64,000 nucleotides of DNA from Octopus bimaculoides (lineage: Eukaryota), in the NCBI RefSeq assembly GCF_001194135.2, contig NC_069001.1:3304502-3368501 (forward strand), in the 5' to 3' direction. A model generated the notes under the pieces. It had not been told where the DNA came from. It searched no databases and saw only the letters and a list, made by a program, of their open reading frames with translations. Positions 13,870 to 26,462 of the stretch are shown here, piece by piece. Position 1 is the stretch's first letter. Each line of letters starts with the position of its first letter. Position numbers and translations under genes: made by a program.

Positions 13870-14050
13870 CTTTGATCAGTTTAACAAGACAGCATCCCTC
13901 TCTGTGAAATTGTGTATCAAATTTGGGTCTTAAAATCTGTTGGTCTTCTTTATCCTCTTCTTTTTTTTAGTAATGAATTAATAAGAAATGAAGAGACGAT
14001 GTTAGTGAGTGAGAAAGAGAAGCTGTCAATCTCACAAGCCGTCTTTCTCT
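13870..14050 (-). promoter_or_regulatory. Candidate non-coding first exon on the TMEM203 strand (donor at 13869; 5' end approximate)
   Basis: Minus strand aaag|GTATGT, a near-consensus donor in locally CpG-enriched unique sequence. Confidence 0.4.
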
Positions 14051-14712
14051 CTCGGTATGTCCCTCTCTATCTCTCTCCCGATCTCTCTCTCTCTCTCTCT
14101 CTGAATCTATGTAAGTCCCTCTCTCGATCTCTCTTTGTCTCTCCCTCCCCCTCTCTCTATGTCCTCCTCTCTCTATATCTCTCTGCTCCTCACTCCTACC
14201 CCGATCTCACTTTCACTCGCTGCTCACTCAGCAAACGTAAGTAAAGCTACAACGAACACTTCGTTTCGTAACAACCTTTGCATTCCTTCTCCCGTGAATT
14301 TACTAAAACTGCTAGTTAAAAAAAATCAAATGTTTAACTGAATAAAATAATCTTTCAGAAAAAATTATACATACTAATATTTTACAAATAAATGGGTTCT
14401 TAGAAAAACACTGGAATTATTAGCTTTAACTGAACAATCAGTAAAATATCACGTTTTGAGAACAAACCGGTCCTCCACTGAAAATAGTTACCGAATTAAA
14501 AGAATTCTGAGCACTTAATTAATAAGTTTAAAAAATTAAATTTTGTTTGAAAAAATTACAGAAAGTTTGATTTTATTAGTTTATCTACTCTTTAGTGTCC
14601 AAACTGTTTGTAATTTTAATAAAATTATGTTTTGTTCAACTTTAGTATTTTAAAATAATCAATACTGTGAAAGAATTCACCGGTGCTTTCAAGAGGCGAT
14701 AATATTGTTTCG
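14050..14712. promoter_or_regulatory. Putative bidirectional promoter / NDOR1 5'UTR exon region
   Basis: Plus-strand donors at 14055 (g|gtatgt), 14111, 14237 and 14713 (cg|gtaagt); CpG-richer than flanks; CT tract at ~14040-14190; lies between two divergent genes. Confidence 0.45.
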
Positions 14713-15049
14713 GTAAGTAGAAACGTTGAAACGTTAAGAGGTCTGTGTACCTGAGCGATCTTCCTAGTCATCATTCACCATTATCTTCATCTATCATTGT
14801 AAATTAAATTGACATCTACTCAGTGGCCACTGAGCATGAAAACTATTCGTTATTTCAGCGACGATCATTTCCAACAAGTGCTTTGTGGGGCAACGAGGAA
14901 ATTTTCTCACATGCTATGGATATTTATTGATAGTACTGGATAAGGCAGAGCAGTAGCTATTGTTATATATAATTTTATACTGCATATATATCACATGTCG
15001 GACTTTTATATATATATAGTTTTAAGATACACCTAGTAGATGCTCTCAG

Positions 15050-15270
15050 ATGCATCATGAGAAATATTTCTGGAGTCTAAATGGAGAGGGTTCAGGTCTT
15101 TCAACATCAGATTCTCTTGCCCGGAAGAGGTACAAAGAAAATGTGAAGTGTGCAAGTCCAGAGCCAACTTCACCCCTTCACTCCCTGCAGACCACCAGTG
15201 TGTGTCCTGTGGTGGAGCCTTCCAAACACATCAGACTGATCAGCCATAGCCGGGTGCACTGTGCCCTGTT
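15050..15270 (+). mobile_element. RTE/BovB-like LINE 3' end remnant with C-terminal C2H2 finger
   Basis: Frameshifted ...HQCVSCGGAFQTH(I)RLISHSRVH resembles the C-x2-C...H-x3-H tail of RTE ORFs. Confidence 0.5.
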
Positions 15271-15334
15271 TTCTTCTCCCAATTGATGTCCTTGTTCATT
15301 GTCAATGACAGATGAACTAATAATAATAATAAGG

Positions 15335-15925
15335 ACATGTACCGAGAGTGATAAAAATCAAACATTCAGTCAACATCATGGTGTTTGGAGTGATCATTAG
15401 TGATGGAGATGTTATACCTCCATTCATTTTCCTACACGGCCTCAGACTCAATACAGAGGCCTACATCAAGTGCCTAGAGGAGGTAGTGCTGCCGTGGGTC
15501 AAAAGCATGGCTGCTGGAGGTCCTATGTCTGGCAACAGGGCTCTGCACCATGCCACACAAGCAGGAGGACCCAGCCATGGCTGTCAGTCAATTTCTGAAA
15601 CCACATCACTCCTAACATCTGGCCACCTAACTCCCCAGACTGCAACCCCCTTGATTATTATGCATGAGACACAGTTGAGCAAGAGACCAACAAAACTCNN
15701 NNNNNNNNTAACTCCCCAGACTCCAACCCCCTTGATTATTATGCATGAGACACAGTTGAGCAAGAGACCAACAAAACTCCTTGTAACACTAAAGGTGAAA
15801 TGAAGGCAAGGATTATGGCAGCATTCACCAACTTAAACAAGGAGACTGTCCAGAAGAGTTGCAGGAGATTCCGAAGCTGTCTGGAGGCTGTGGTTGAAGC
15901 CAATGGTGATTTTATTGAATAAATT
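15335..15925 (+). mobile_element. Fossil Tc1/mariner transposase, maT (DD37D) type
   Basis: KHSVNIMVFGVIISDG...YVWQQ(G)SAPCHT...WPPNSPDCNPLDY...NGDFIE*. There are 37 residues between the second catalytic position (here D>G) and the third D; frameshifts and stops present. Confidence 0.8.
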
Positions 15926-17439
15926 CACTGTTTAATATTTCAAGATATTTTTATGTAGTTTTGGTAAATATATCTGTTTAAAATGAGATGTCATACATAT
16001 ATATCATACATACTTCTGAAACACACATCCACTTATATATGAACATGCATGCAAGTATACATGCTTACATAATTGTATGCATCCATACACACACACACAC
16101 ATCACTTGTTTGGAGGTATGACTTGGTAACATGTACTGTCATCATCATCATCATCATTTAACGTCCACTTTCCATGCTGGCATAGTGTTGGATGGTTTGA
16201 CAGGAGCTAGCAAACTGGAAAGCTGCTCCAGACCCCATTGTCTGTTTTGGCATGATTTCTACAGCTGGGTGCCCTTCCTAACACCAGTCACCTTACAAAG
16301 TGTACTGGATGCTTTTCACATGGTACCAGTACCAACAGATACAAAAAAAAAAGTTGTTTTAGGTACCTATGCAGGTGTGTACAGACATAGATACTCTCTT
16401 AATCTTCCATGTGGCACATTGAGGATGTAACACCTAGAGAGTGAGTGAGAGTTGTATTAGCATGCAGCTGGTAATAATTTCCATATGAACTGACTGGAGG
16501 AGTAGGAAATGAAGTGTGTTGCTCAAAGAGTCAATGTGTCACCTCTGTATGTGTGTGTGTGTGAAGGTACGTGGCTTAGTGGTTAGGGTTATTGCACTCA
16601 CATTCTAGCAATTGTGGTTCGATTCCTGGACTGAGTAATGCATTGTGCTTTTGAGCAGAACACTTCATTTCACATTGCTCCAGTCCACTCAACCATAACC
16701 CTGTGATGGGCTTCTGATTTGGGATAATGTTGGCCTGCTCACCCAGCCAACAAATTTCACTCACAAGGTATTCATCTACCTGTGGCTATAGTAGAAAAAC
16801 TTACCCAAGGTGTCGTGTTGGATAGAATGCCTTATGGTATTTAACTATCTGTAATCCAGGTTCAAATTCTGTTGAGGTCAATTTTATCTTTTATCCTTGC
16901 AGAGTTGTTAAAAAAAATACAAGCCTAGAGCAGAAGATTGACGGAATGATAAGAACGTCAGACCAGATGCCTTGCGTTGTTTGTTGCATCTCTTTACATT
17001 CTGAGTTCAAATCTCACCATGGCCAACTTGGTGGTAGATTTAATCCATAGCCTGGTTTATCACATGCACCTGGACCCTTGGGTGCCTTTAGCAGAGCCCA
17101 TTCCATTGCAAGTATTTGGGCCTGGTTTCTAGTTTGAGGGTTCATTCCTCCTTCTCTCACTAGTTTCAGAAGCCCTGCAAAGGGTCATTGTTTTCTCTTT
17201 AAAACAATAGCTCTCAACCATTTTTTTGCCTATGGACCTCATTGGTTCCTATTTTACTCTATGGGACCCCATAGCCATTTAAAAAATCCCATTATATTTT
17301 TATAATCAAATATCTTTTGGGAACATTTTTTGGGGAAAAAACTACATATTTACCATCATAGGATAATTTTAATTATATGATAATTTAGATAAAATCTAAA
17401 TTTTATCTCCATTTTCTTCATTTCTTTCATCAGCTTGTC

Positions 17440-17580
17440 ATGATTGAAAAAGAGAACCAAATCTGTGTTCTGTATGGCAGTCAAACTGGTACAGCTCAAG
17501 AAGTCGCTGAACAAATCGGACGGGATGCAAAGAAACGACATTTCTCGACAAAAGTTCTTCCTTTGGATGCATACCCCCTG
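17440..17580 (+). CDS. NDOR1: NDOR1 coding exon 1 (flavodoxin domain start)
   Basis: Acceptor at 17433, ATG at 17440; MIEKENQICVLYGSQTGTAQEVAEQIGRDAKKRHFSTKVLPLDAYPL|gtaag. FMN-binding YGSQTGTA; no N-terminal membrane anchor, unlike POR. Confidence 0.95.
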
Positions 17581-18049
17581 GTAAGATTTTGTTAATGCTT
17601 CCCACTACATTGTTTCAGGTTCAGTTCCACTGTGTAGTACTTTGGGCTAGCATATGCTACTATAGCCCTGGGCTGGTCAAAGCCTTGTGAGTGGATTTGG
17701 TTGACAGAAACAGAAAAGACCACCCAGGGTCAAGAAAAGTAGAAAAAATCATCAAGGGCTTATTCTCCATAAGGAGCAAAAGGCTTAAGTAATTCGTTAT
17801 CACTGATACTAATTTCAGCTGAGTAGATTGAAACAATACTAAACAAAGTGTTTTGCTAAAGTACAGAATATGCTGCCTGATTTTAGAATTGAACCCACAA
17901 TTTAATGATTATCAGCCCAACACTGTAACCATTAGGCCACATGGTGATCCATATAAGCTATTAATTGCTTAACTATTAATTCCCCTCAGACAGTTGATTG
18001 ATAGCTCAGTCGTTCTTATTCATTTACAACTTGTGACTGGTCCCAGTGA

Positions 18050-18166
<117 letters not shown>

Positions 18167-18499
18167 TGATATTTCTGTTCCATCATTGAAATAGTTTGTT
18201 GTCGTATCATGCAAATTCATTCCCCATCTCAGTCACATCACTTAGATACACCACCTCTGTGCCATATCACTCAAAAGCACTCACTTTCTGCTATATCACT
18301 TAAATAAACTCCTCTCTCCCTCTCTCTACTATATCATATAAATATCAATCACACACACACACTCTCTCTCTCTGTCACTATGATATCACTCCCCTCCCTG
18401 ACATTTCACTCAAATGCATCCTGCCTTTTAAGTAAATCTTTAATTCTGTTAGTTTCCTAACCAAACATTGTCATTTAGTTCTGTTCCAATTTATTCCAG

Positions 18500-18597
18500 A
18501 CATTTTGGAAATTTATTTTGAAAAAGAGTTTGCCTTCAAATTCTTTGAGTCTTTTAAATTATGCTGTTCTGGGACTGGGAGATTCCTCATACCAAAA
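18500..18597 (+). CDS. NDOR1: NDOR1 coding exon 3
   Basis: TFWKFILKKSLPSNSLSLLNYAVLGLGDSSYQK; phase 0-2. Confidence 0.95.
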
Positions 18598-18939
18598 GTG
18601 AGTATCTGTGGTTAGTTATTTGTTCACTGTGTATGTCTGCATGAGATTGTGTGTGTGTGTGTTGGTGTGTGCCTGAGTGTGTGAGTTTTGGCATATGTGT
18701 GTGCAAGTCCTTGTATATGTGTGTGTGTATGTGCAAGTCCTCATATATATGTGTGTGGTTGTGTCAGATGTGAATGTGTGTGCACGTGTGTGTGTTGGCA
18801 TCTAAATTTTAATGCATATATGTGTCTGTGAATATGAATATATGGCTGTGTATATGAATATCCAAGTGAGTGTATGGTGTTGTTTTGCATTTATAATAAA
18901 ATAAATATATACAAATTATAAAAATAGTAAAAAAAAAAT

Positions 18940-19031
18940 ATACAGTACAGTGCTGTTTCTATTTTGTAGATTTTCACCTATTGCAGGGTGTTTTGGAATG
19001 TAACACCTGCGATAGTCGAGGGATTACTGTA
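18940..19031. mobile_element. Tigger-like DNA transposon remnant
   Basis: Ends in cgatagtcgagggattactgta, a Tigger-like terminal inverted repeat with TA. Confidence 0.4.
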
Positions 19032-19332
19032 TAGAAATTTTAACCACAAAATCTTACATGGACTCCCAAGGGTCATATGAACCCTGGTTGAGAACCATTG
19101 ATGTATATGGACCCCTTTGATTCCATTTTTATTCACAGCTATTCAATGTTTAAAAAAGTCCTATTGTATTTTTACAATTAAATATTATTAGGAATTGTAT
19201 AAAAATAATTATTAAAATATTTTGTGCATCGTTGAAGTATAACTAATTTATTGCAGATAAATTTTAGCAACAAAATCTTGTATGGACCCCACCAAGGGCC
19301 ATTTGGGCTTTTGCTGAGAACCACTAATTTAA

Positions 19333-19494
<162 letters not shown>

Positions 19495-20377
19495 TAGAGT
19501 TGTTGTTGATGTTGTTTCACCCAGGACAGATCTCATGAAGCAGAACTATAATCAAATCATTCCAGCCATGACCATCTCATCATGTATATGGAATTACTTA
19601 TCCATGGCCTTCGTTCTTTAAGACGGTAAGGTTTGATTTGAGAGGGAGATTTTGTGACCATAAAGAGCCTTTGTCTTCCATGCTGGCATGAGTTGGAAGG
19701 TTTGACAGGAGCTGGCCAGGTGGAAGACTACCCCAGGCGACTGTGCCAGTTTTGGTAGGGTTTTTACGGCTGGATGCGCTCTTCCTAACACCAACCACCC
19801 TGCAGAGTGGACTGAGTGCTTTTTATCTGGCACCATCACAGGCGAGGTCAGTTTTGGCATGGCTTTTACAGCTGGATGCCCTTCCAAATGCCAACCACTT
19901 CATAGTGTGGACAGGATGCTTTTTCTGTGTACATATAGATATCTTTGTGTGTCTCTGTGTGTGTGTGTGTATGTACACACACACATATATATATATAGAG
20001 AGAGAAGGGGGATGTGTATGCATGTGTGTGTGTATGTATATATATATNNNNNNNNNNNNNNNNNNNNNNNNNNNNNNNNNNNNNNNNNNNNNNNNNNNNN
20101 NNNNNNNNNNNNNNNNNNNNNNNNNNNNNNNNNNNNNNNNNNNNNNNNNNNNNNNNNNNNNNNNNNNNNNNNNNNNNNNNNNNNNNNNNNNNNNNNNNNN
20201 NNNNNNNNNNNNNNNTATATATGCACTTATGTATATGTATTTATTTATCATTTTAATGTCATGTCCCTCTCTTTCTATATCTGTCTTTTCCTCTTTGTAT
20301 CTGTCTATCTGTCTGTCTGTCTGTTTATATACTTATATGTCTATCTAACTCTCTATCTGTGCACCTCACTCTTCCAG

Positions 20378-20479
20378 GCCTGATGCAGTAATAGACCCTT
20401 GGATCCAACAGTTATGGCAGAACGTCTTATCTCTCTTCCCAATGTCTCCAGGACTAACACAGCTGCCTGATGATTATCG
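20378..20479 (+). CDS. NDOR1: NDOR1 coding exon 5
   Basis: PDAVIDPWIQQLWQNVLSLFPMSPGLTQLPDDYR; phase 2-2. Confidence 0.93.
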
Positions 20480-20787
20480 GTCAGTGGAACTTTGTTATTC
20501 TTGTTGATAATACAAATTCTTGTTTGGGTTAATGCTAAAAAACTGTCATATGTGTCTGAATATGTTTGTGTGCATGATGGCTGGGTGGTTTGTTTGCATA
20601 GCCTGAGAAATTACTACTGCAGTATATGAGAAGTACTTGAACATGGCTGTGTGGTTAGGAAGTTCATGTCCCAGCTATGTGGTTTCAGGTTCAGTTCCAC
20701 TGTATGGCACCACCTTGGGCAAGTGTCCTCTACTATAGCTCCCAGCCGACCAGTGGCTTGTGAGTGATTTTTGATAGATGAAGATTG

Positions 20788-20837
<50 letters not shown>

Positions 20838-20847
20838 NNNNNNNNNN

Positions 20848-20899
<52 letters not shown>

Positions 20900-21289
20900 C
20901 AACATCATGCAATAATTGTGTCTTCCATGAAAACATGTCTGGCCATAGAGAAATGTTATCTTGCTTGGAAACAGGTGAGAGTTGGTGACAGGAAAGGCAT
21001 CAAGCCATAGAAAATCTGCCTGAGTGAATTCTATCTGACCCAAGCAAGCATGGAAATGTGGATATAACAATGATGATGATGATTATTTAGTGTGTATGTC
21101 TGCATACTATACCTGTAATTAAAAGGGTTGTCTTTGATGTAACCCTTTTTCTTCTTCATGCATGTGTAGTTGTATATGTAGGCAAAGGCCATATTCCTAC
21201 CTCCCTGCATGCAGTTATTAATTATTATATCATATGATACACCAAGTGCTTATTTGTTATCACTGATATCTATCTGCTGTCTTCTTCAG

Positions 21290-21469
21290 TTTATCTCCTA
21301 AATATGAACTGAAATACCTTGATCCTGAGGAATCAACTGAAAGACCAGTTAGTGTTACTGACTCCAAGATGCACCTGGCTGAAGTTCTTGTTAATCAAAG
21401 AGTCACAGCAACCAACCATTTTCAAGATGTGCGATTAGTGACTGTCGATATTTCCAATTCTGGATTTAG
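21290..21469 (+). CDS. NDOR1: NDOR1 coding exon 6
   Basis: LSPKYELKY...NQRVTATNHFQDVRLVTVDISNSGFS; phase 2-2. Confidence 0.93.
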
Positions 21470-21775
21470 GTAAGTTTCAAAAATATTTTTTTAATTAAAT
21501 TTGCTGCAGTCAATACCATTGCTGTGAGACTTCTTTGATATTTATAGCCATCCCCAATTGTCCGTTAGAGAATGAATTATAATGGTTTTAGAGTCATGCC
21601 TATGTGGTCAAGAAGCTTGCTTCCCAATCTTGTTTTCTTGGGATTGCACCTGGTCATTTTGTCAATTATCTATGTGCCTCAGGTCTGCTCAGTCAGGGTT
21701 CATTTGGCATGGCGTGGGTGTTATACAAGAACCACTTCAACAAGAATTTATAAGAAATTTTCAATTACTTTTCAG

Positions 21776-21897
21776 TTATTCTCCTGGAGATGTGTTGATG
21801 GTTCAGCCTGAAAATAGTTCTGAATCTGTGCAAGAATTTATTGAATGTCTGCAGCTTGATCCAAACAAGCTTTTCATTCTGAAACAAAATGACCCTG
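21776..21897 (+). CDS. NDOR1: NDOR1 coding exon 7
   Basis: YSPGDVLMVQPENSSESVQEFIECLQLDPNKLFILKQNDP; phase 2-1. Confidence 0.93.
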
Positions 21898-22184
21898 GTA
21901 AGACATTATTTACCCTCTGTCCAGTGACAACTTTGGCCACCTTTTTGAATTCAATATCTCCACCACGTATGAACATGCTTATAAAATCAAAAACCAGTCG
22001 AGCACTCATGATCTTTCTGTGCTTCACTTATTACTGCTTTCTGTCCTCTCTTTTAACTTTTTCTACCTTTGTCCTTCATCCTTTCAGGGTCAATAAAATA
22101 AGTACCGGTTGAGCACTGGGGTCAATATAATTGACTTATCTCTTTCCTGGAAAGGGCTGACCTTGTACCAAAATTTGAAACCAT

Positions 22185-22191
22185 TATTATT

Positions 22192-22281
<90 letters not shown>

Positions 22282-22292
22282 GNNNNNNNNNN

Positions 22293-22389
<97 letters not shown>

Positions 22390-22390
22390 G
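22185..22390 (+). repeat. (TTG)n microsatellite spanning an N-gap
   Basis: About 200 bp of TTG repeats. Confidence 0.95.
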
Positions 22391-22569
22391 AAAAGCAAAG
22401 TTGAGGTTGACTTTGCCTTTCATCCTTTCGGGGTCGATAAATCAAGTGCCAGTGAATCACTGTGGTCAATGTAATCAGCTAGTCCCCTCCTGCCAAATTT
22501 CAGGCCTTGTGCCTTTAGCAGAAAGGATTATCATGACCATGATGATGATCATCATCATCATCCTCATCA

Positions 22570-22710
22570 AGGTGGTGAGCTGGCAGAGTTGTTAGCACAC
22601 CGGGCGGAATACTTAGTGGTATTTCGTCTGTCTTCGTGTTCTGAGTTCAAATTCTGCTGAGGTTGACTTTGCCTTTCATCCTTTCAGGGTTGATAAACTA
22701 AATACCATGG
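22570..22710 (+). mobile_element. SINE family B (others ~47310-47515 +, 50360-50570 +, 28645-28860 -)
   Basis: ggtgagctggcaga.tcgttagcac.ccgggc.aaatgcttagc...ttctgagttcaaattc...gactttgcctttcatcctttcggggtcgataaa recurs. Confidence 0.75.
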
Positions 22711-22930
22711 CTAGAAGTGTTTTCACAGAATATTTGAAGTGAATGACACTGTTGCACACTGTCAAGACAAGGAAACACATGCATGCACATGTGCACGCAC
22801 ACATGAGCATTTCCCTCTAGGTGGGTCAGTATTATAAAGGATAAACTCCAAATCCCTAACCCTTCCCCTGCCTGCCAAGTTATGCTACAGTTATCTCAAC
22901 AGCCTTAATGACCTATCTCTCTACCTCCAG

Positions 22931-23103
22931 ATGTCTCGTTGCCAGCAGAACTTCCTCAGCCATGTTCCATTTACCATTTACTCAAGACATATCTGGATAT
23001 CAATGCCATCCCACGGAGATATTTCTTTGAACTTATGGCTTCTTTCTCAGAAGATGAGCTTGAGAAGGAGAAATTACAAGAATTCACCACAGCAGAAGGT
23101 CAA
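22931..23103 (+). CDS. NDOR1: NDOR1 coding exon 8
   Basis: DVSLPAELPQPCSIYHLLKTYLDINAIPRRYFFELMASFSEDELEKEKLQEFTTAEGQ; phase 1-0. Confidence 0.95.
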
Positions 23104-23944
23104 GTGAGTAATACTCGAGTGCGGACATGCTTGAGTACAACTGTAGTTGAGTGGAATGTTTGCAGATCACATTGGTGTTATACTTGTATGAATGATTGAG
23201 TTAAACTACCATATATGGCAGTAATTCTCGAGTGAAGTAATGAGACCATCATAATCTGTACGAGAAGATGCTGAAAAGTTCCTGACTTTAGAGGTATTGG
23301 GAAAGGCCTGGCTGGAAGCCCAACCTTCTGAGTTCTTTTACAGGGCTTAGAAAAACTGAAGGGCCTCTGCAATAAGTGAGTGAATCTGAGAGGGAAATAT
23401 GTTATTCAAAACCATAATTAACTGATCCTCTTGTATTTTCTTTTACCCAAAGCCAGGAACTTTTCAGTACCCCCCTCGTAGTAGCACTAATATTTGAATG
23501 AATGAATGATTGAGTAAAGCTACAAATCCACTCACAAGGCTTTGTTCAGTCCGAGGCTATAATAGAAGATACTTGCCTAAGATGCCATGTAGTGGGACTG
23601 AACCCAGAACCATGTGGTTAGGAAACAAGCTTCTTACCACACAGCCACTCCTGCACATATATATATATATGATGCACTTCCATATAGTTTCAATATACCA
23701 AGTTCTCTCACAAGGCATTGATTGTCCCAGGGCTATAGTGGGAGGTGCCATGCAGTGGGACTGAACCCAAATCCACATGCTTGCAAAGTGAGCGTCTTAA
23801 CCACACAGCCATTCCTTGCAAGCAATTCTTGAGGGAACCATTACAGGTCAGAATTGAGAGGATCTTTAGAGATGATTTTTGACTAAACCCGTCTGTGTCA
23901 GTCATAAAAATATTATGGATTCCTGTCTGTTCTCTAAATTTCAG

Positions 23945-23992
23945 TCTGACCGATACGACTATTGCAATCGAGTACGAAGAACAACTCTTGAA
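23945..23992 (+). CDS. NDOR1: NDOR1 coding exon 9
   Basis: SDRYDYCNRVRRTTLE; phase 0-0. Confidence 0.92.
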
Positions 23993-24677
23993 GTAAGTGG
24001 AATTCTTAGATTTCTTTCATTGTTTCATTTTTGTCAATGTTTTGAAAGATTCTTAATGGGAACTCATGTGTTGAAATAGGTTTTGTTGAATCTTGGGAAG
24101 GTCATTATTCTTTTATTCCTTTACTTGTTTCAGTCATTTGACTGTGGCCTTGCACTGGTTGTATTTCACTTCTTTACTATTATTTTCAATCAGTTAGCTA
24201 TTTAGCCAACTAACTAATCAATTGTTTGATTAATCATTCTTGTACTGGTGCCACATTAAAAGCACCCCTGCTGGTGCCATGTAAAAAGCATCCATAATAG
24301 TACCACGTAACAAGCAGTAGAGAGGTCATGTCATTGAAGAGGTCGCAAACGACAGCAGAAGTACTTTGGCAAACTTGTTAGATTGATTGATTAGTTGAAT
24401 GATTAATCAAAACAATTGGTTTGTTAGTTAGATAGTTAACCAATTGACAAATAACAATAGAAACTATAGTGTGTCTGTGTGTGTGTTTATCATTGGCATA
24501 ATAACCCTCCCAAGATATAACTAATTATTGATCATTCATTTAAATTATGATTAAAAAAAGCCTTGTGATTGAATATTTCAGGCAGAAGTTCCGTTCTGAG
24601 TATATGCGTGTGTGAAAGTGCTTGTACCTCTTTTAATAGGAGGGAAATACAGTTTTTTTATTTAATATTATTATCAT

Positions 24678-24721
<44 letters not shown>

Positions 24722-24746
24722 ATTTTCTTCATTTTATTCCTTCCAG

Positions 24747-24854
24747 GTTCTCCAAGACTTCAAACAGACTGTTCCTAAAATTCCTTTTGAATATATTTTT
24801 GATCTAATTTCTCCTTTGAAGCCACGCGCATATTCAATTGCTTCTTCCCAAAAG
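24747..24854 (+). CDS. NDOR1: NDOR1 coding exon 10
   Basis: VLQDFKQTVPKIPFEYIFDLISPLKPRAYSIASSQK with the FAD-binding RxYSIAS motif. Confidence 0.95.
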
Positions 24855-24889
24855 GTAAAAGTATTTGTTCTTTTATCGTGCCAATAGTG

Positions 24890-25165
24890 TTACTGCTGCT
24901 GCCGCCACCACCATTGCCATCATCATCATCATCATCATCATCATTGTCATCGTCATCATCAACATCAATAGCATTACCATCATCATCATCTTCATCATAA
25001 CCATCATCACTGCTACTATCATCATTTTTGTTATCATCATCTTTGTCAGTGTCGTTTTCGTCATTGTTGTCATCACCATCATCATCATCGTCGTCATTAT
25101 CATCTTTGTCATCATCATCATCATTATCATCATCATCGTCATCAGTAACATCAACAACAGTAACA
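24890..25165 (+). repeat. Degenerate (CAT)n trinucleotide tract
   Basis: Source of several poly-D/I/M pseudo-ORFs. Confidence 0.9.
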
Positions 25166-26269
25166 GCTGTCTGCATGCTGGTATCACAAAAAAAGCCCAA
25201 CTGGTTCATTGGGGTAAGCCACAATAACAGCAGCAACTGTGAAATTTAAATTTAACAAGTGCTTTGCTACCTCACAGTGCTAGGGTACATCTTCCCCTGG
25301 ATAAGAGGATAGTCTATCACAGATAGCTTTCCCTGTCAACAGAATTGAATGCCAGCAACACTGCAAGCCAACAAAACATTCCTTAATTTTACAGACTCAC
25401 TGATAATTTTTTGAGTAGCAGACTGTACTGAGTATGCATGCACACATACAGGTGTAGATGCACACTCATGCATGTGCAAATGCACACACACACAGACACA
25501 CACACAAAATTTGAATGCAAATACTTCAGAGTAAAGAAGGAGCAAAAGGGAGTGCTCAATGTTAAAAGTAGAGTATTAAAATATATTACATTCATTTAGA
25601 TGAATGTATAAAGAGGAGAAATGAAAGCTTATGGGAGAATTTATTCATTCATTTGATTCATTCTTTAATGTTCTGAGTCTTTAAATGAACACATATGTGT
25701 GTCGTCATCATCATCATCATTTAACATCCATTGGTCATGCTGGTATGGGTTGGACAGTTTGACCAGGTTTCGTAGGCTGAGGGGCTGCACTAGACTCCAG
25801 TCTGATTTGTTATGGTTTCTACGGCTGGATGACCTTCACTACACCAACCACTCCAAGAGTGTAATGGGTGCTTTTACGTGCCACCAGCTCAGGTGCCAGT
25901 TGCGTGACACCAGTATCTGCCATGACTACAATTTCACTTGGCTTGATGGGTCTTCTTCTCAATCACAGCATATTGCTGAAGGTCTCTCTCATTTGTCATT
26001 GCCTCCCTGAGGCCTAGCACTCAAAAGGTGCTTTTTACATGCCACCAGCACAGGTGCTAGTTACCCAACACTGGCATTGGTTACATTGCCTCTGTGAGGC
26101 CCGTGTATATAATATATACCCCAGAAATACAACTTATTAGCGACTATATAAAGCCAAGATGAACCCAAATGTATCACAGTCCAATGAACGCTAAGAGGTT
26201 GAGACTTGACATAAAAATAAACAAACCACATATTTTATTCTAGAAACTAATATATGATCTTACTTACAG

Positions 26270-26462
26270 AAATCTGCTATGACTGTGGATATTTTAGTGG
26301 CTGCTGTAAAATATCGGACCAAAATTCAAAGACCAAGACTTGGCATCTGTTCCAACTGGATTACCAGCAGAGAACCACATTCCACTCTGCCTGTTTGGAT
26401 AAAACCTGGCTCATTTGTCTTTCCTGCAAATCCGGACATTCCTGTGATAATGGTTGGACCAG
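26270..26462 (+). CDS. NDOR1: NDOR1 coding exon 11
   Basis: KSAMTVDILVAAVKYRTKIQRPRLGICSNW...PVIMVGPG; phase 0-1. Confidence 0.93.

Noticed and set aside
15629-15780. Apparent ~70-bp tandem duplication inside the transposase fossil
   Set aside because: The two copies flank a 10-N gap and differ at one base; most likely unmerged contig overlap (assembly artefact).
22090-22474. Poly-N/L/T/Q ORFs, and similar poly-D/I/M, YI, CV and HT ORFs throughout the track
   Set aside because: Translations of TTG, CAT, AT and CA microsatellites; no splice or homology support.
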